From NCBI GenBank assembly GCA_944319875.1, contig CALUFR010000027.1:725-64724 (forward strand): 64,000 nt of DNA, read 5' to 3'. This document shows positions 1-11,149 of this stretch, in pieces. The position numbers were made by a program, and so were the translations under genes. The stretch is from an uncultured Bacteroides sp. Lineage in GTDB: Bacteria > Bacteroidota > Bacteroidia > Bacteroidales > Bacteroidaceae. The notes under the pieces are model-generated. The model ran no database searches. It worked only from the letters and a program-made list of their open reading frames with translations, and was not told the origin of the DNA. Numbering within the stretch: the stretch's first letter is position 1; each line of letters starts with the position of its first letter.

Positions 1-111
1 AATGTCCTTGTTAAGACGCTGGGGAAAAAGAATTATTTGTTTGGGATTGTAATCACGAAAGTTTATCTTTGCTGACATAATATTATAATCTAAATTGACA
101 AAAGAAGAAAT

Positions 112-1026
112 ATGCCTCGAAAAAGAAGAACACCAACTTCTCATAATAAAAAACAGTCCAAGTCTACCAACGGATGGTTGGGTCTGCTATTGATTATCAT
201 CACCGCCTTCATCGGCTACGGCCCGCTAAGCAACGCCTGGCAATCGGGAATCATCAGTCTCGATCGTTTGCCGCAAAACATAAAACCCGCCAATCAGAAA
301 GACAAATCTGAAACGCAGACAGACCTATCCGACGCACAGGATCTCGAAATTCCCGCTCCCATAAAAGGCATAAAAGAAACTATTCTGCAACGAAAGGGAT
401 ATACCGTATCTTATAACCGTACATTAAACCTGCCCAACTGGGTGGCGTGGGAGTTGAACCGTGACAAGCTGGTAGAGCGCGAAAGCCGTACGGACAAGTT
501 CTTGCCCGACCCTGACTTGCCTGAAAACGAAGCCGTCACGACCGATGACTATAAACGTTCGGGATGGGATCGTGGCCACATGTGCCCCGCGGCCGACAAC
601 CGCTGGCACTGGCGCGCCATGCAGGAGAGTTTCTACATGACCAACATCTGCCCGCAACACCATAACCTGAACCGCGGTGACTGGAAAGAACTGGAAGACC
701 GATGCCGCATATGGGCCGAAAAGGAAGGACGCATTTATATCGTCTGCGGTCCCATCCTCTATAAGCAAAAACACCGCATCATTGGAAAAGAACATAAAAT
801 AACCGTACCTGAAGCCTTCTTCAAGGTTATTCTGTGCGCTGATAGTCACCCACCCCGCGCCATCGGCTTTATCTACAAGAACACCTCGGGCAACCATCCG
901 CTGGACAACTACGTCAACTCAGTCGACCAGGTAGAGCGCATCACGGGCATCGACTTCTTCCCCGCCCTGCCCGATGACATCGAACAGAAAGTAGAAGCAA
1001 ACTATGACTTGAAACGATGGGAATGA
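112..1026 (+). CDS. DNA/RNA non-specific endonuclease (NucA/EndA-like), N-terminal membrane anchor
   Basis: DRGH catalytic motif (GWDRGHMCPAAD), F-x-M-T-N-I-x-P-Q and LNRGDW motifs; hydrophobic segment near the N-terminus. Confidence 0.9.
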   Translation: MPRKRRTPTSHNKKQSKSTNGWLGLLLIIITAFIGYGPLSNAWQSGIISLDRLPQNIKPANQKDKSETQTDLSDAQDLEIPAPIKGIKETILQRKGYTVSYNRTLNLPNWVAWELNRDKLVERESRTDKFLPDPDLPENEAVTTDDYKRSGWDRGHMCPAADNRWHWRAMQESFYMTNICPQHHNLNRGDWKELEDRCRIWAEKEGRIYIVCGPILYKQKHRIIGKEHKITVPEAFFKVILCADSHPPRAIGFIYKNTSGNHPLDNYVNSVDQVERITGIDFFPALPDDIEQKVEANYDLKRWE

Positions 1027-1028
1027 AA

Positions 1029-1802
1029 TCAGTATGAGACACTCACTTCCAGCCCTGCTTCTTTTACCAATGCCCCTATCCTATCCAACTCTTCGTGCGT
1101 GGCCTTGCGCAGATCATGGTCGGGCGTCTCGCGGTCAATGGTGTAAATCATCACCTTCTGCGGGGCAATCTCTTTCACCTGCTCCAGCCAAGGAAGAACG
1201 TATTTGTCCGATGTATTGTCCATATCCTTGCCCTTGTAACCGCCCTTAAGGAACATTGTCTGAATGATGCAACGTCCTTTGAATGCTTTCATGCCTTCAA
1301 TGATGTCGGCTAAGGCGTATTTTCCTGTTGGACGGTCAAGATTACGGATATAGTCCTCGTCCACCGTATCGAGTTTCAAGATGTTATTGTCTACCGTATT
1401 CAGTGCGGCAAAGACGGCAGGCTTATGAATAAAGGTAGAGTTACTGAGTACACTAACCTTCGCATTGGGGAAGTATTTGTCTCGCAAAGCCAACGTATCC
1501 GCGATGATTTCCGGAAAATGAGGATGAGCCGTTGGCTCTCCGTTTCCCGCAAAAGTCAGGACATCGGGAGCAGGACCGTTGAGCTTCATATCCTGTAAGC
1601 GGGCTTCCAATGCCTGACGCACTTCTTCCCGTGTGGGACGGGGAAGCTTCGGACGGAAATCTTCATTGAAGCCACATTCACAATAGATACAATTGAAAGT
1701 ACATAACTTACCGTCGGCAGGCATCAGATTAATGCCCAGCGAAACTCCCAAACGACGGGAGTGAACAGGCCCGAAAATGGGGGAAGGATAGATGACAGTC
1801 AT
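1029..1802 (-). CDS. Radical SAM protein
   Basis: CxxxCxxC (CTFNCIYC), FGPVHSRRLGVSLGIN N-terminus, GNGEPT motif. Confidence 0.85.
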   Translation of the reverse strand: MTVIYPSPIFGPVHSRRLGVSLGINLMPADGKLCTFNCIYCECGFNEDFRPKLPRPTREEVRQALEARLQDMKLNGPAPDVLTFAGNGEPTAHPHFPEIIADTLALRDKYFPNAKVSVLSNSTFIHKPAVFAALNTVDNNILKLDTVDEDYIRNLDRPTGKYALADIIEGMKAFKGRCIIQTMFLKGGYKGKDMDNTSDKYVLPWLEQVKEIAPQKVMIYTIDRETPDHDLRKATHEELDRIGALVKEAGLEVSVSY

Positions 1803-1897
1803 ATCTGTTTTCTGTTTTTACCAATCACGAATAACAAGAACAAAGGTAAGCAAAATGGATGAATTATGTGACTTTCCTTCAAAAATAAAACAAGCTA

Positions 1898-3904
1898 TCA
1901 GAATTTCAACCGGGCCTGCACTTGCAGATCCGACTTTCTGTTCCCCCGTATCAGGTCGTTGCCCGAACCTATCTCATCCCTGTCCTGATAAATGGTTTGC
2001 CCAAACTTGGCTATCAACATCAGCCAGTCGCGGAAATCATAGCGCAAGTGGGCGGAGAAGCGGAAACCACGACCATAGAATGAAGGGGTATAGAAAGTAT
2101 AAAGCAATCCTTTCTCGTAGGCATAGACACGCGAGTCATAGTCGTCGGTATGAAAATAGGTGCCCTGCAACGAAGCGGACAAAGGAAAGAAAGGTAATTG
2201 CACACTACACAATTGCGTCACCTGCCACCCTTGACTATACTGAAGCGGAGGCTGACTGAAGTGATTGTAATCGAACGTGGTGCGCAGGCTCCAGATGCCT
2301 TGCGCATAGCTGAGCCGATAGCGCGCCTTATGATGATAAGTAGGCAATATGTTTTTACCTCCACTACCTGTCACGTCCCTTTCCTTCCGCTTGAAGCGAT
2401 AGTTGGCATACATTGACCATTGCTCATTGGGCATAAATGTAGCTTGAAACATGCCATCCACTCCTTGCGAAGGCCGACTGATGCGATACTTCCACCAGGG
2501 AAACGAGAAAAAATCGATGGCACCAAAGAAACGCCACCGAGTGAAAGGCGATGCTTCAGCGGCCAGAAACCAACCGTTTTCATTTTGCAAAGCGCTGCTT
2601 TCTCCAAACGAATGGGCAAACATCCCCCAATAGTCATACGAATAGAAGCGATGAATGAGCATCACTTTATAATTTCCGCCTGCCTGATAGCGGAGTTGGT
2701 TGAGAAAAGCATATCCACGTTTTCCTTTGGCCGCCTCTCCTACCCACACAAACCTGCCCAGACGAAGTTTATAATCCACACCTACGTTATAGAAATGATT
2801 GCCGCGGAGATTATATCGGGCATATTTTCTTAAATTCGGTTCATAAGTGCGGTCAAAGAAATAATACACACCCGTCGTACCTACGCTCAGATGAGAACCT
2901 TCGTAAGAAACGTTTCCGCCTGTCACTTGCATCACGAACGCATGCTTCTTGGCCGCTTCGCTTTCCGTGCGATGCAGGCCTGTTTTATAAATGGAAGTGA
3001 TTTCTCCATCCTTCACCACACCGTCCATCCGCCGATGCGAATAGAAAGCCGACATCTGCCAACGGGAAGCCAAACGGACGGTAACCCCTACTCCTCTGAA
3101 ATAATTATATTCATCCGACGAACTGTGTTTACGAAATCCTTCCGACCTGTTTTCAACCGTAGTCAAGGAAAACGTCTTACCTAATCCAAAACCATTGCCC
3201 AACACCAGTCCTTGCCCGAAACTGACCTTATAGTTACCCACGGCCAAAGTCTGCAAGCGTCCGCAATCTTTTATCAACAGATAGAAAGAGTAATAGTCAT
3301 ATCCCTGTTTGTCATGCAAGGCAAAAAAAGGTTCGCCCGCGTCTTTCTCACCCGTCACGCCCACCTGCAAACGGTTGCCATACCGGAAATTGTAACGTAA
3401 CGAATGATAGAGCGAAGGACCCAGATAACTCTTTTCATATCCCTTACGCGTGTAGAAAGGCACATCAAAGCGAGCCGTCGCCTCGTGCTTTCCATAGTTC
3501 AATATACGCTTCAACGAAGGAAATACTTCTTTTCGTGAAGGAGCCACGCAAACGAAAGGAAGCAGCCGCTCGATAGTTTCCTTGTCCAGCTCCTCCACCA
3601 GTTGAAGTTCGTACAATGTCTGCATTTCACCATGTATATATACGTATGCCAGCAGATTTTCCACCTGAATGTCCGACAGAAAGGGAAACATTTCCAGTTG
3701 TTGACGCGTAGCCGTGTTTAAGTTCAGTTTGTCGGTCATCCGATGAGAAAGCTCCTCCAATTCGTCTTCCCAATCCGTATTTTCAGCTTCTGTGGCCAGC
3801 TGCTCCAGGTTTTCCTCCCAAAGCATCAAACCGGTATTTTGAGCCCGCATGACAGAAGAAATCAATCCTATCAATAAGCACACTCCTATCTGTATGTTTC
3901 GCAT
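1898..3904 (-). CDS. Helix-hairpin-helix (ComEA-like) domain protein with predicted outer-membrane beta-barrel
   Basis: Signal peptide, LNLNTATRQQLEMFPFLS HhH motif, aromatic alternating beta-strands, C-terminal Phe (QARLKF). Confidence 0.75.
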   Translation of the reverse strand: MRNIQIGVCLLIGLISSVMRAQNTGLMLWEENLEQLATEAENTDWEDELEELSHRMTDKLNLNTATRQQLEMFPFLSDIQVENLLAYVYIHGEMQTLYELQLVEELDKETIERLLPFVCVAPSRKEVFPSLKRILNYGKHEATARFDVPFYTRKGYEKSYLGPSLYHSLRYNFRYGNRLQVGVTGEKDAGEPFFALHDKQGYDYYSFYLLIKDCGRLQTLAVGNYKVSFGQGLVLGNGFGLGKTFSLTTVENRSEGFRKHSSSDEYNYFRGVGVTVRLASRWQMSAFYSHRRMDGVVKDGEITSIYKTGLHRTESEAAKKHAFVMQVTGGNVSYEGSHLSVGTTGVYYFFDRTYEPNLRKYARYNLRGNHFYNVGVDYKLRLGRFVWVGEAAKGKRGYAFLNQLRYQAGGNYKVMLIHRFYSYDYWGMFAHSFGESSALQNENGWFLAAEASPFTRWRFFGAIDFFSFPWWKYRISRPSQGVDGMFQATFMPNEQWSMYANYRFKRKERDVTGSGGKNILPTYHHKARYRLSYAQGIWSLRTTFDYNHFSQPPLQYSQGWQVTQLCSVQLPFFPLSASLQGTYFHTDDYDSRVYAYEKGLLYTFYTPSFYGRGFRFSAHLRYDFRDWLMLIAKFGQTIYQDRDEIGSGNDLIRGNRKSDLQVQARLKF

Positions 3905-4004
3905 AAGATTCGATGTGATTTTTTGTTTATGAGCCGGCGAAGTTACCTTAAATAAGTTAACGACACAAGGAAAAAGACAAGGTATTCAAAAAAGATTTCA
4001 AAGA

Positions 4005-4625
4005 ATGGTGTACATTTGTAATGTGAACGGAAAGCTTGTCATATTAACCCTCATCCTGTTGATAACCCTCACTTTCAATGGTTATGCCCAACAGAAGAAC
4101 CCACAATCCGGCAAGGTGTATCTTACTCCTATGACCGTTTACGAAGGCGATACCATCCCATACGTCAGATTACAGACCGTCTATATATTCAAACCGCTGA
4201 AATTTAAAAATAGAAGAGCACGCACGCGCTATTACAGATTAGTGCGCGATGTCAAGAAAGTGCTACCCATAGCGAAAGAAGTCAATCAAATAGTCATCGA
4301 AACGTATGAATACCTGCAAACCCTCCCTCCCAACGAAAGGCAGAAACACTTGAAACGGGTTGAAAAAAGTCTGAAGGAACAATACATGCCCCGCATGAAG
4401 AAACTTACCTTCTCGCAAGGCAAGCTGTTGATAAAGCTGGTGGACAGGCAGACAAACTCCACCGGCTATGAACTGGTAAAAGCCTTTCTGGGTACTTTTC
4501 GTGCAGGTTTCTACCAGGCGTTTGCCGCACTCTTCGGTGCCAGCCTGAAGAAAGAATACGATGCCACGGGCGATGACGCCCTGACCGAACGTGTCATCTT
4601 ATTAGTGGAAAGCGGACAACTCTGA
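4005..4625 (+). CDS. DUF4294-family conserved exported protein
   Basis: Signal-like N-terminus, YYRLVRDVKKVLP and LTFSQGKLLIKLVDRQT motifs; the true start may be slightly downstream. Confidence 0.7.
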   Translation: MVYICNVNGKLVILTLILLITLTFNGYAQQKNPQSGKVYLTPMTVYEGDTIPYVRLQTVYIFKPLKFKNRRARTRYYRLVRDVKKVLPIAKEVNQIVIETYEYLQTLPPNERQKHLKRVEKSLKEQYMPRMKKLTFSQGKLLIKLVDRQTNSTGYELVKAFLGTFRAGFYQAFAALFGASLKKEYDATGDDALTERVILLVESGQL

Positions 4626-4653
4626 TCCATGTTTATCTTTTCTTCTAAAAAAA

Positions 4654-5193
4654 CTATAACGCATTAAGTTGTTTGAACAAGTCCCAAATGACAATACCGG
4701 CCGTTACCGATACATTCAGTGAATGCTTCGTGCCGTATTGAGGAATTTCAATACAACCGTCGCTATGGTCGATTACCTCCTGTTGAACACCTTTTACCTC
4801 ATTACCTAACACAACGGCATAGCGTTTTCCTTGTTCCAACCGCATGTTTTCCAGCATAATGCTGTTTTCAGCCTGCTCTACCGCATAGACAATATACCCC
4901 TCCCGACGAAGGTTATCAACAGCTTCAACCGCGTTATTAACATATTTCCAGTCAACCGTGAATTCAGCTCCCAATGCCGTCTTGTGCATCTCGGGATGAG
5001 GAGGAGTGGCCGTAATGCCACATAAATAGATGCATTCCACGCGAAAAGCATCGGACGTACGAAAGACCGAACCAATGTTATGCAAGCTTCGGACATTGTC
5101 AAGTACCACTACCAGAGGTAGTTTATCCGCCATTTTGAACTCTTCGGCACTGATGCGGTTCAGTTCAGTTATCTTCAGTTTACGATGCTCCAT
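4654..5193 (-). CDS. TrmH/SpoU-family RNA methyltransferase
   Basis: VLDNVRSLHNIGSVFRT, LGNEVKGV and SLNVSV SPOUT motifs. Confidence 0.9.
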   Translation of the reverse strand: MEHRKLKITELNRISAEEFKMADKLPLVVVLDNVRSLHNIGSVFRTSDAFRVECIYLCGITATPPHPEMHKTALGAEFTVDWKYVNNAVEAVDNLRREGYIVYAVEQAENSIMLENMRLEQGKRYAVVLGNEVKGVQQEVIDHSDGCIEIPQYGTKHSLNVSVTAGIVIWDLFKQLNAL

Positions 5194-5647
5194 ACAATTC
5201 TTCTTTATATTCCCGGCAAAGATACTTCTTTCTGTTTATACAGAAGTTAATAACCGTTGAAAACATGTGGATAGTGCTTGAAAAGAAAATGAAAACTTTT
5301 CCTTGCATAAATCAGAAAAAACAATATACGCTCCCGGTTATGAAGATTACAAAAAAGTTAGCATAAACTTTCCAAGCAAGCTTAAACAGATTTTTCAGCA
5401 TCATTCGGACGGATAATTGACCGAAAGTTATTAACTTTGCAACATATAAACCGAAAGTTAATACAAAGCAAAAATATACTTATTTTCAAGGCTTAACCTC
5501 TTTTCTACCCGTTCATAAACATGGGATAAATAGAAAGAAGAGACTAATAATTTCATAAGCAAGAAAAATCGTATTTATTTGTCCACCGTATTAACAGCCT
5601 ATTATCATCACCATAAAGATTTAAAAAGAAAAAGAGAAATATATATT
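5194..5647. other. Candidate chromosomal replication origin (oriC)
   Basis: ~450-bp AT-rich intergenic region; DnaA-box-like TGTGGATAG (5266-5274), TTATACAGA (5236-5244), TTGTCCACC (5579-5587); + strand changes from C/A-rich to G/T-rich here; parS-like sites within 30 kb. Confidence 0.6.
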
Positions 5648-6589
5648 ATGATGGATAATCTCGTAGAAGCTATCAATCAGCTGAAGAAAGAAAAGAACGC
5701 CCTGATTATGGGTCATTACTATCAGCGGAGTGAAATACAGGAAATCGCCGACTATATCGGCGACAGTCTGGCCTTGGCACAACAGGCTGCCAAGACGACG
5801 GCAGACATCATCGTGATGTGTGGCGTCCACTTCATGGGTGAAACGGCCAAGGTGCTCTGTCCGGAGAAAAAGGTGCTGGTGCCCGACATGGCCGCTGGCT
5901 GCTCCCTGGCGGACAGCTGCCCGGCTGATAAGTTCGAACAGTTTGTCAAGGAACACCCGGGCTATACGGTCATTTCATACGTCAATACAACGGCGGCCGT
6001 CAAGGCATTGACCGATGTGGTCGTTACTTCTACCAATGCCCGTCAGATCGTGGAAAGCTTCCCTAAGGATGAAAAGATCATCTTTGGTCCGGATAGGAAT
6101 CTGGGCAGTTATATCAATTCCGTCACAGGCCGTGATATGTTGATATGGGACGGAGCCTGCCATGTACACGAACAATTCTCGGTTGAAAAGATGGTTGAAA
6201 TCAAGAAGCAACATCCTCATGCCCTCATCCTGGCTCATCCCGAATGTAAGGGTGCTGTATTGAAGCTGGCCGATGTGGTAGGTTCTACCGCCGCCTTGCT
6301 GAAATATGCCGTGGCTCATCCCGAAAAGGAATATATTGTGGCTACCGAGGCAGGCATCCTGCATGAGATGCGCAAGAAGTGTCCGCAGACCACGTTTATC
6401 CCCGCTCCTCCCGTAGACAGCACCTGCGGATGTAATGAATGCAACTTCATGCGGTTGAATACGCTGGAGAAGCTTTATAACTGCTTGAAAAATGAGACTC
6501 CCGAGATTACCGTTGATCCCGCCATTGCCGAAAAGGCAGTTCGTCCTATCAGACGTATGCTTGAGATATCGGCACAGCTTGGACTTTGA
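5648..6589 (+). CDS. nadA: Quinolinate synthase NadA
   Basis: HYYQ, GDSLAL, CGVHFMGETAK, AGCSLAD, AHPEC motifs; start placed at MMDNL. Confidence 0.95.
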   Translation: MMDNLVEAINQLKKEKNALIMGHYYQRSEIQEIADYIGDSLALAQQAAKTTADIIVMCGVHFMGETAKVLCPEKKVLVPDMAAGCSLADSCPADKFEQFVKEHPGYTVISYVNTTAAVKALTDVVVTSTNARQIVESFPKDEKIIFGPDRNLGSYINSVTGRDMLIWDGACHVHEQFSVEKMVEIKKQHPHALILAHPECKGAVLKLADVVGSTAALLKYAVAHPEKEYIVATEAGILHEMRKKCPQTTFIPAPPVDSTCGCNECNFMRLNTLEKLYNCLKNETPEITVDPAIAEKAVRPIRRMLEISAQLGL

Positions 6590-6607
6590 ATGAGTTTTTG
6601 AAGTCTG

Positions 6608-7186
6608 TCAAATGGACTTCAAAAACTTGCAGAGCTTCTGCGTAGCCTTAGCTCTGTGACTGATTTTGTTCTTTTCAGCGTTACCCATTTCCGCAAAGGT
6701 CTGGGTGTAGCCTTCGGGCACGAAGATGGGGTCATATCCGAAGCCGGAGGTTCCTTTTCGTGCCTTGACTATCTCTCCTTTGACAATGCCTTCAAAGAGA
6801 TGTTCCTTTCCGTCAATAATCAAGGCAAAGACGGTACGGAATTGGGCTTTGCGGTTCTCCACGCCTTCCAGTTCCTGAAGCAGTTTCTTCATGTTAGCCT
6901 CGGAGTTATGAGCGTCGCCCGCATAGCGTGCGGAGTAGACGCCCGGTGCGCCGTTCAGCGCTTCCACTTCGAGTCCCGTATCGTCGGCAAAACAATTCAA
7001 ATGATAGTTTTCGTAGATGTATCTTGCTTTTATTAAGGCGTTTCCTGCCAGTGTATCAGCCGTTTCGGGAATGTCTACCAGGCAATTGATGTCCTTCATG
7101 CTGAGAAGTTCTATCTTGTCACCTAAGATGTCTTTTACTTCTTCCAGCTTGTGGGCATTGTTGGTTGCAAAGACATATTTCTTCAT
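6608..7186 (-). CDS. rdgB: Non-canonical purine NTP pyrophosphatase (RdgB/HAM1)
   Basis: [32 protein letters not shown] motifs. Confidence 0.93.
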   Translation of the reverse strand: MKKYVFATNNAHKLEEVKDILGDKIELLSMKDINCLVDIPETADTLAGNALIKARYIYENYHLNCFADDTGLEVEALNGAPGVYSARYAGDAHNSEANMKKLLQELEGVENRKAQFRTVFALIIDGKEHLFEGIVKGEIVKARKGTSGFGYDPIFVPEGYTQTFAEMGNAEKNKISHRAKATQKLCKFLKSI

Positions 7187-7200
7187 AATCTTGATAGAAT

Positions 7201-8103
7201 TTATTTTCCTTTCAGTTTGTCAAATCCTTCACCATACACACCGATAACCGAGCTTTGCGAGATGAAGGCATTGGGGTCGATATCCTTGACTAAGCGGAAT
7301 ATTTCGACCGACTGGCGCTTGTAGGCTAATACGACCAGTACTTTGACGTGTCCCTTACTGTACCATCCCGTGCCGTCGAGCACCGTTACGCCGCGGTGGG
7401 TTTCCTTGGTGATACGGTCGGCTATCTTCTCATATTCTTTGGAGAAGATGAGAAACTGGACAGATTGGCGGGCACTGTTCACGATGTAATCCAATACAAA
7501 ACCGATGATGAACAACGTCACGAAGCCGAAGATGACGCGCCGCCAGTCGTGGAAGATGAAATAGCAGGAACTGATGATAACCACATCGCAAGCCATAATC
7601 ATGCGTCCCAATGTCACGTCACGATACTTGTTGATAATGGCGGCGATGATATCCGTTCCACCTGTGCTTCCGTTGCAATTGAAAACCACACCCAGACCTG
7701 CACCGCACATGGCTGCTCCGATGAGGCAGGCCATGAAGTCCTGACCGGGCCCCAGGATTTGAGGAAACGTTCCGTCCGGATTCTTCACCAGCCATTGGAA
7801 GAATTCCAGCAGGATGGTCAGTACGATGATGGCATACGTTGTCTTGATGCTGAACTTAGGACCTAATATCTTGATGGCAAAGGTCATTAGTACAGCATTG
7901 ATGAGGAAATAGGAGTACTGGATGGGGAAACCGGTGGCATAATAGATGATGGCACCGATACCTGTGGTTCCTCCCGTCGTTATCTGGTAGGGAAGCAGGA
8001 AAGCCGCCCATGCCAGTGAATAGCTGACAAGTCCGAGGGTGATCATGACATAGTCTTTCAATTCCCTCATCAAGACCGCTTTGGTTGGTTTATGGATATG
8101 CAT
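7201..8103 (-). CDS. YitT family membrane protein
   Basis: GGTTG and [10 protein letters not shown] motifs, multiple TM helices, C-terminal HRGVT...IDPNAF. Confidence 0.88.
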   Translation of the reverse strand: MHIHKPTKAVLMRELKDYVMITLGLVSYSLAWAAFLLPYQITTGGTTGIGAIIYYATGFPIQYSYFLINAVLMTFAIKILGPKFSIKTTYAIIVLTILLEFFQWLVKNPDGTFPQILGPGQDFMACLIGAAMCGAGLGVVFNCNGSTGGTDIIAAIINKYRDVTLGRMIMACDVVIISSCYFIFHDWRRVIFGFVTLFIIGFVLDYIVNSARQSVQFLIFSKEYEKIADRITKETHRGVTVLDGTGWYSKGHVKVLVVLAYKRQSVEIFRLVKDIDPNAFISQSSVIGVYGEGFDKLKGK

Positions 8104-8115
8104 AGTTCACCTGAT

Positions 8116-10953
8116 TTATTTCATTACCACGTTTACAATCTTCTTTGGCACGACGATGACTTTTACGATAGACTTGCCTTCCGTCCACTTGCTTGAGCGT
8201 TCATCGGCCAGTACTTCCGCCTGGATGGCATCGGAAGTGGCATCAACGGGGAATTCTCTGTTGAATCGTGCCTTTCCGTTGAAGGAGATAGTGTAGTTTA
8301 CGGTATTTTCCACCAGATATTCTTCGTTGCAGGCAGGCCAGTGGGCATCGCATACCGAACCGTTATTGCCAAGTGTCTCCCATAATTCTTCACAAATATG
8401 GGGGGCAAAAGGTGCCAGCACGATAATCAATGGGTTCAGAATTTCTTTCTTGCTGCACTTCAAGCCCGTCAGCTCGTTCACGCAAATCATGAAAGCGCTG
8501 ATGCTGGTGTTGTACGAGAAAGTCTCGATGTCACCTGTCACTTTCTTGATGAGCTTGTGGAGCGATTTCAGTTCGTCTTTTGTAGGAGCTTCGTCGGTTA
8601 CGAGGTATTGGCCCGAGCGGTCGTAGAAGAGCGACCAGAATTTCTTGAGGAAGCGGTGGACGCCGTCTATGCCGTTCGTGTCCCAAGGTTTGGATTGTTC
8701 TACAGGACCAAGGAACATTTCGTACATGCGCAATGTATCGGCGCCATATTTCTCGACAATCATGTCGGGGTTTACGACATTGAACATCGATTTCGACATT
8801 TTCTCCACCGCCCAGCCGCAGATGTATTTGCCGTCTTCGAGTATGAATTCGGCGGTGTTGTATTCCGGGCGCCAGTTTTTGAAGGCTTCCACGTCGAGTA
8901 CATCGTTCGACACGATGTTCACATCCACGTGGAGTGGGGTAGTGTCGTATTGGTCTTTTAAGCCCAATGATACGAACGTGTTGGTATCCTTGATGCGATA
9001 TACGAAGTTGCTTCGGCCTTGAATCATGCCTTGGTTCACTAATTTTTGGAAAGGTTCTTCCACGGTGGAGATGCCCAGGTCGTGCAGGAATTTGTTCCAG
9101 AAACGGGAGTAAATCAAGTGGCCGGTGGCATGCTCCGTGCCTCCTACGTAGAGGTCTACGTTTTTCCAATATTCATCCGCTTTCTTACTTACCAGTGCTT
9201 CGTGATTACGCGGATCCATGTAGCGCAGATAGTAGGCACTGGAGCCTGCGAAGCCCGGCATGGTATTCAGTTCGAGCGGGAAGATGGTCTGATTGTCTAT
9301 CCGGCTGTTCTCAACGACACAATTGTTTACCGTGTCCCAAGCCCATTTCGTGGCGTGTCCCAAGGGCGGTTCGCCCGTCTCGGTGGGCAGGAACTTGTCT
9401 ACTTCGGGCAATTCGAGAGGCAGACAGCTTTCCGGTATCATGTAGGGCATGTTGTCCTTGTAGTAGACGGGGAAAGGTTCGCCCCAATAGCGTTGGCGGC
9501 TGAAGATAGCGTCGCGCAGGCGATAGTTCACCTTGACGCGGCCCAAGCCATGCTCTTTCACATATTTCTTGGTGGCGGCAATGGCTTCCTTGATGGTCAA
9601 TCCGTTCAGGTTGAGGTCACAATAGGGAGTGGCACCGGCTTTCGGAGAGTTGCATACAATTCCTTCCTTGGCGTCAAAGCTTTCCTCGCTCACGTCGCAA
9701 CCCTCGACCAACGGACGGATTTCCAAATCGAAATGTTTGGCAAAGGCATAGTCGCGTGAGTCGTGGGCAGGCACGGCCATGATGGCGCCCGTGCCATATC
9801 CAGCCAATACATAATCACTTACCCAGATGGGCACTGCCTCGCCCGTAAAAGGATTGATGGCGTAAGAGCCTGTGAATACACCCGTCACGCTTCGGTCGCT
9901 GATGCGCTCGCGCTCGGTGCGCTTCTTCGTGCGATCCAGGTAGGCTTCCACTTCGGCTTTTTGGGCTTCGGTAGTTAATTGGGGAACCAATTCACTTTCA
10001 GGAGCCAATACCATGAAGGTCACGCCGAACATCGTGTCGGCACGGGTGGTGAAAATGGTGAATTCCAAGTCACTGTCTTTCACCTTGAACTGCACTTCGG
10101 CGCCTTCCGAGCGGCCTATCCAGTTGCGTTGTGTTTCTTTCAATGAGTCGGTCCAGTCTATGGTCTCCAGTCCGTCGAGCAGGCGTTGAGCGTAGGCTGA
10201 GACGCGCAAACACCATTGGCGCATCTTTTTCTGGACGACGGGATAACCGCCGCGCTCCGATACGCCGTCCACCACTTCATCGTTGGCCAGTACGGTGCCC
10301 AGTTGCGGACACCAGTTCACCATCGTTTCGCCCAAATAGGCGATGCGGTAGTTCATCAGGATTTCCTGTTGTTCCTTCTCGTTCTTGGCGTTCCATTCTT
10401 CGGCCGTGAAGTAAAGTTCTTCGGAACAGGCGGCATTGAGCCCCGAAGTGCCTGCTTTTGCGAAGTTTTGCGTCAGTTCTTCGATGGGGCGTGCCTGTTG
10501 ACGGTCGTTGTCATAATAGCTGTTGAACATCTGCTGGAAAGCCCATTGCGTCCAGTGGTAATATTCGGGGTCGCAGGTGCGTATTTCGCGGCTCCAGTCA
10601 AAGGAGAATCCTATCTTATCGAGTTGTTCGCGATAGCGGTTGATATTGTTGACGGTGGTAATTGCAGGGTGTTGTCCGGTTTGGATGGCATATTGTTCGG
10701 CGGGAAGGCCGTAGGCATCATAGCCCATGGGGTTCAGTACGTTGAAACCTTGCAGGCGCTTGTAACGGGCGTAGATGTCCGAAGCGATGTAGCCCAGCGG
10801 ATGTCCCACGTGCAGACCTGCGCCCGAGGGGTAGGGGAACATGTTCAGTACATAGAATTTCTGTTTCGTATCGTCTTCCGTCACCTGATAGGTCTTGTTG
10901 TCCACCCATCGTTTCTGCCATTTCTTTTCAATCTCCCTGAAATTGTATTCCAT
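8116..10953 (-). CDS. leuS: Leucine--tRNA ligase
   Basis: [14 protein letters not shown] (HIGH) and KMSKS motifs, editing domain [12 protein letters not shown]. Confidence 0.98.
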   Translation of the reverse strand: MEYNFREIEKKWQKRWVDNKTYQVTEDDTKQKFYVLNMFPYPSGAGLHVGHPLGYIASDIYARYKRLQGFNVLNPMGYDAYGLPAEQYAIQTGQHPAITTVNNINRYREQLDKIGFSFDWSREIRTCDPEYYHWTQWAFQQMFNSYYDNDRQQARPIEELTQNFAKAGTSGLNAACSEELYFTAEEWNAKNEKEQQEILMNYRIAYLGETMVNWCPQLGTVLANDEVVDGVSERGGYPVVQKKMRQWCLRVSAYAQRLLDGLETIDWTDSLKETQRNWIGRSEGAEVQFKVKDSDLEFTIFTTRADTMFGVTFMVLAPESELVPQLTTEAQKAEVEAYLDRTKKRTERERISDRSVTGVFTGSYAINPFTGEAVPIWVSDYVLAGYGTGAIMAVPAHDSRDYAFAKHFDLEIRPLVEGCDVSEESFDAKEGIVCNSPKAGATPYCDLNLNGLTIKEAIAATKKYVKEHGLGRVKVNYRLRDAIFSRQRYWGEPFPVYYKDNMPYMIPESCLPLELPEVDKFLPTETGEPPLGHATKWAWDTVNNCVVENSRIDNQTIFPLELNTMPGFAGSSAYYLRYMDPRNHEALVSKKADEYWKNVDLYVGGTEHATGHLIYSRFWNKFLHDLGISTVEEPFQKLVNQGMIQGRSNFVYRIKDTNTFVSLGLKDQYDTTPLHVDVNIVSNDVLDVEAFKNWRPEYNTAEFILEDGKYICGWAVEKMSKSMFNVVNPDMIVEKYGADTLRMYEMFLGPVEQSKPWDTNGIDGVHRFLKKFWSLFYDRSGQYLVTDEAPTKDELKSLHKLIKKVTGDIETFSYNTSISAFMICVNELTGLKCSKKEILNPLIIVLAPFAPHICEELWETLGNNGSVCDAHWPACNEEYLVENTVNYTISFNGKARFNREFPVDATSDAIQAEVLADERSSKWTEGKSIVKVIVVPKKIVNVVMK

Positions 10954-11149
10954 ACTGATATCTGTTAATAATTTATTGAAAACGTGTTTATATCTTCTTA
11001 TTTCGGTTTATAATGCGGTTGATAAACCGTTGCAAATTTACAGGTTTATTTTCAGATTTGTTCATTAAGTGTACAAAAAACATCCGATGGCAGGTATAAT
11101 GTTGCTTACTTTTCTCGTAATTTTGCGCCCGAAACAGAAATATTCAGTT

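Noticed and set aside
8327..10968. Numerous 60-250 aa ORFs antisense to leuS, and similar ORFs opposite mutS, polA, the DEAD-box helicase and the S46 peptidase
   Set aside because: Shadow ORFs from GC-rich codon usage; no recognisable motifs
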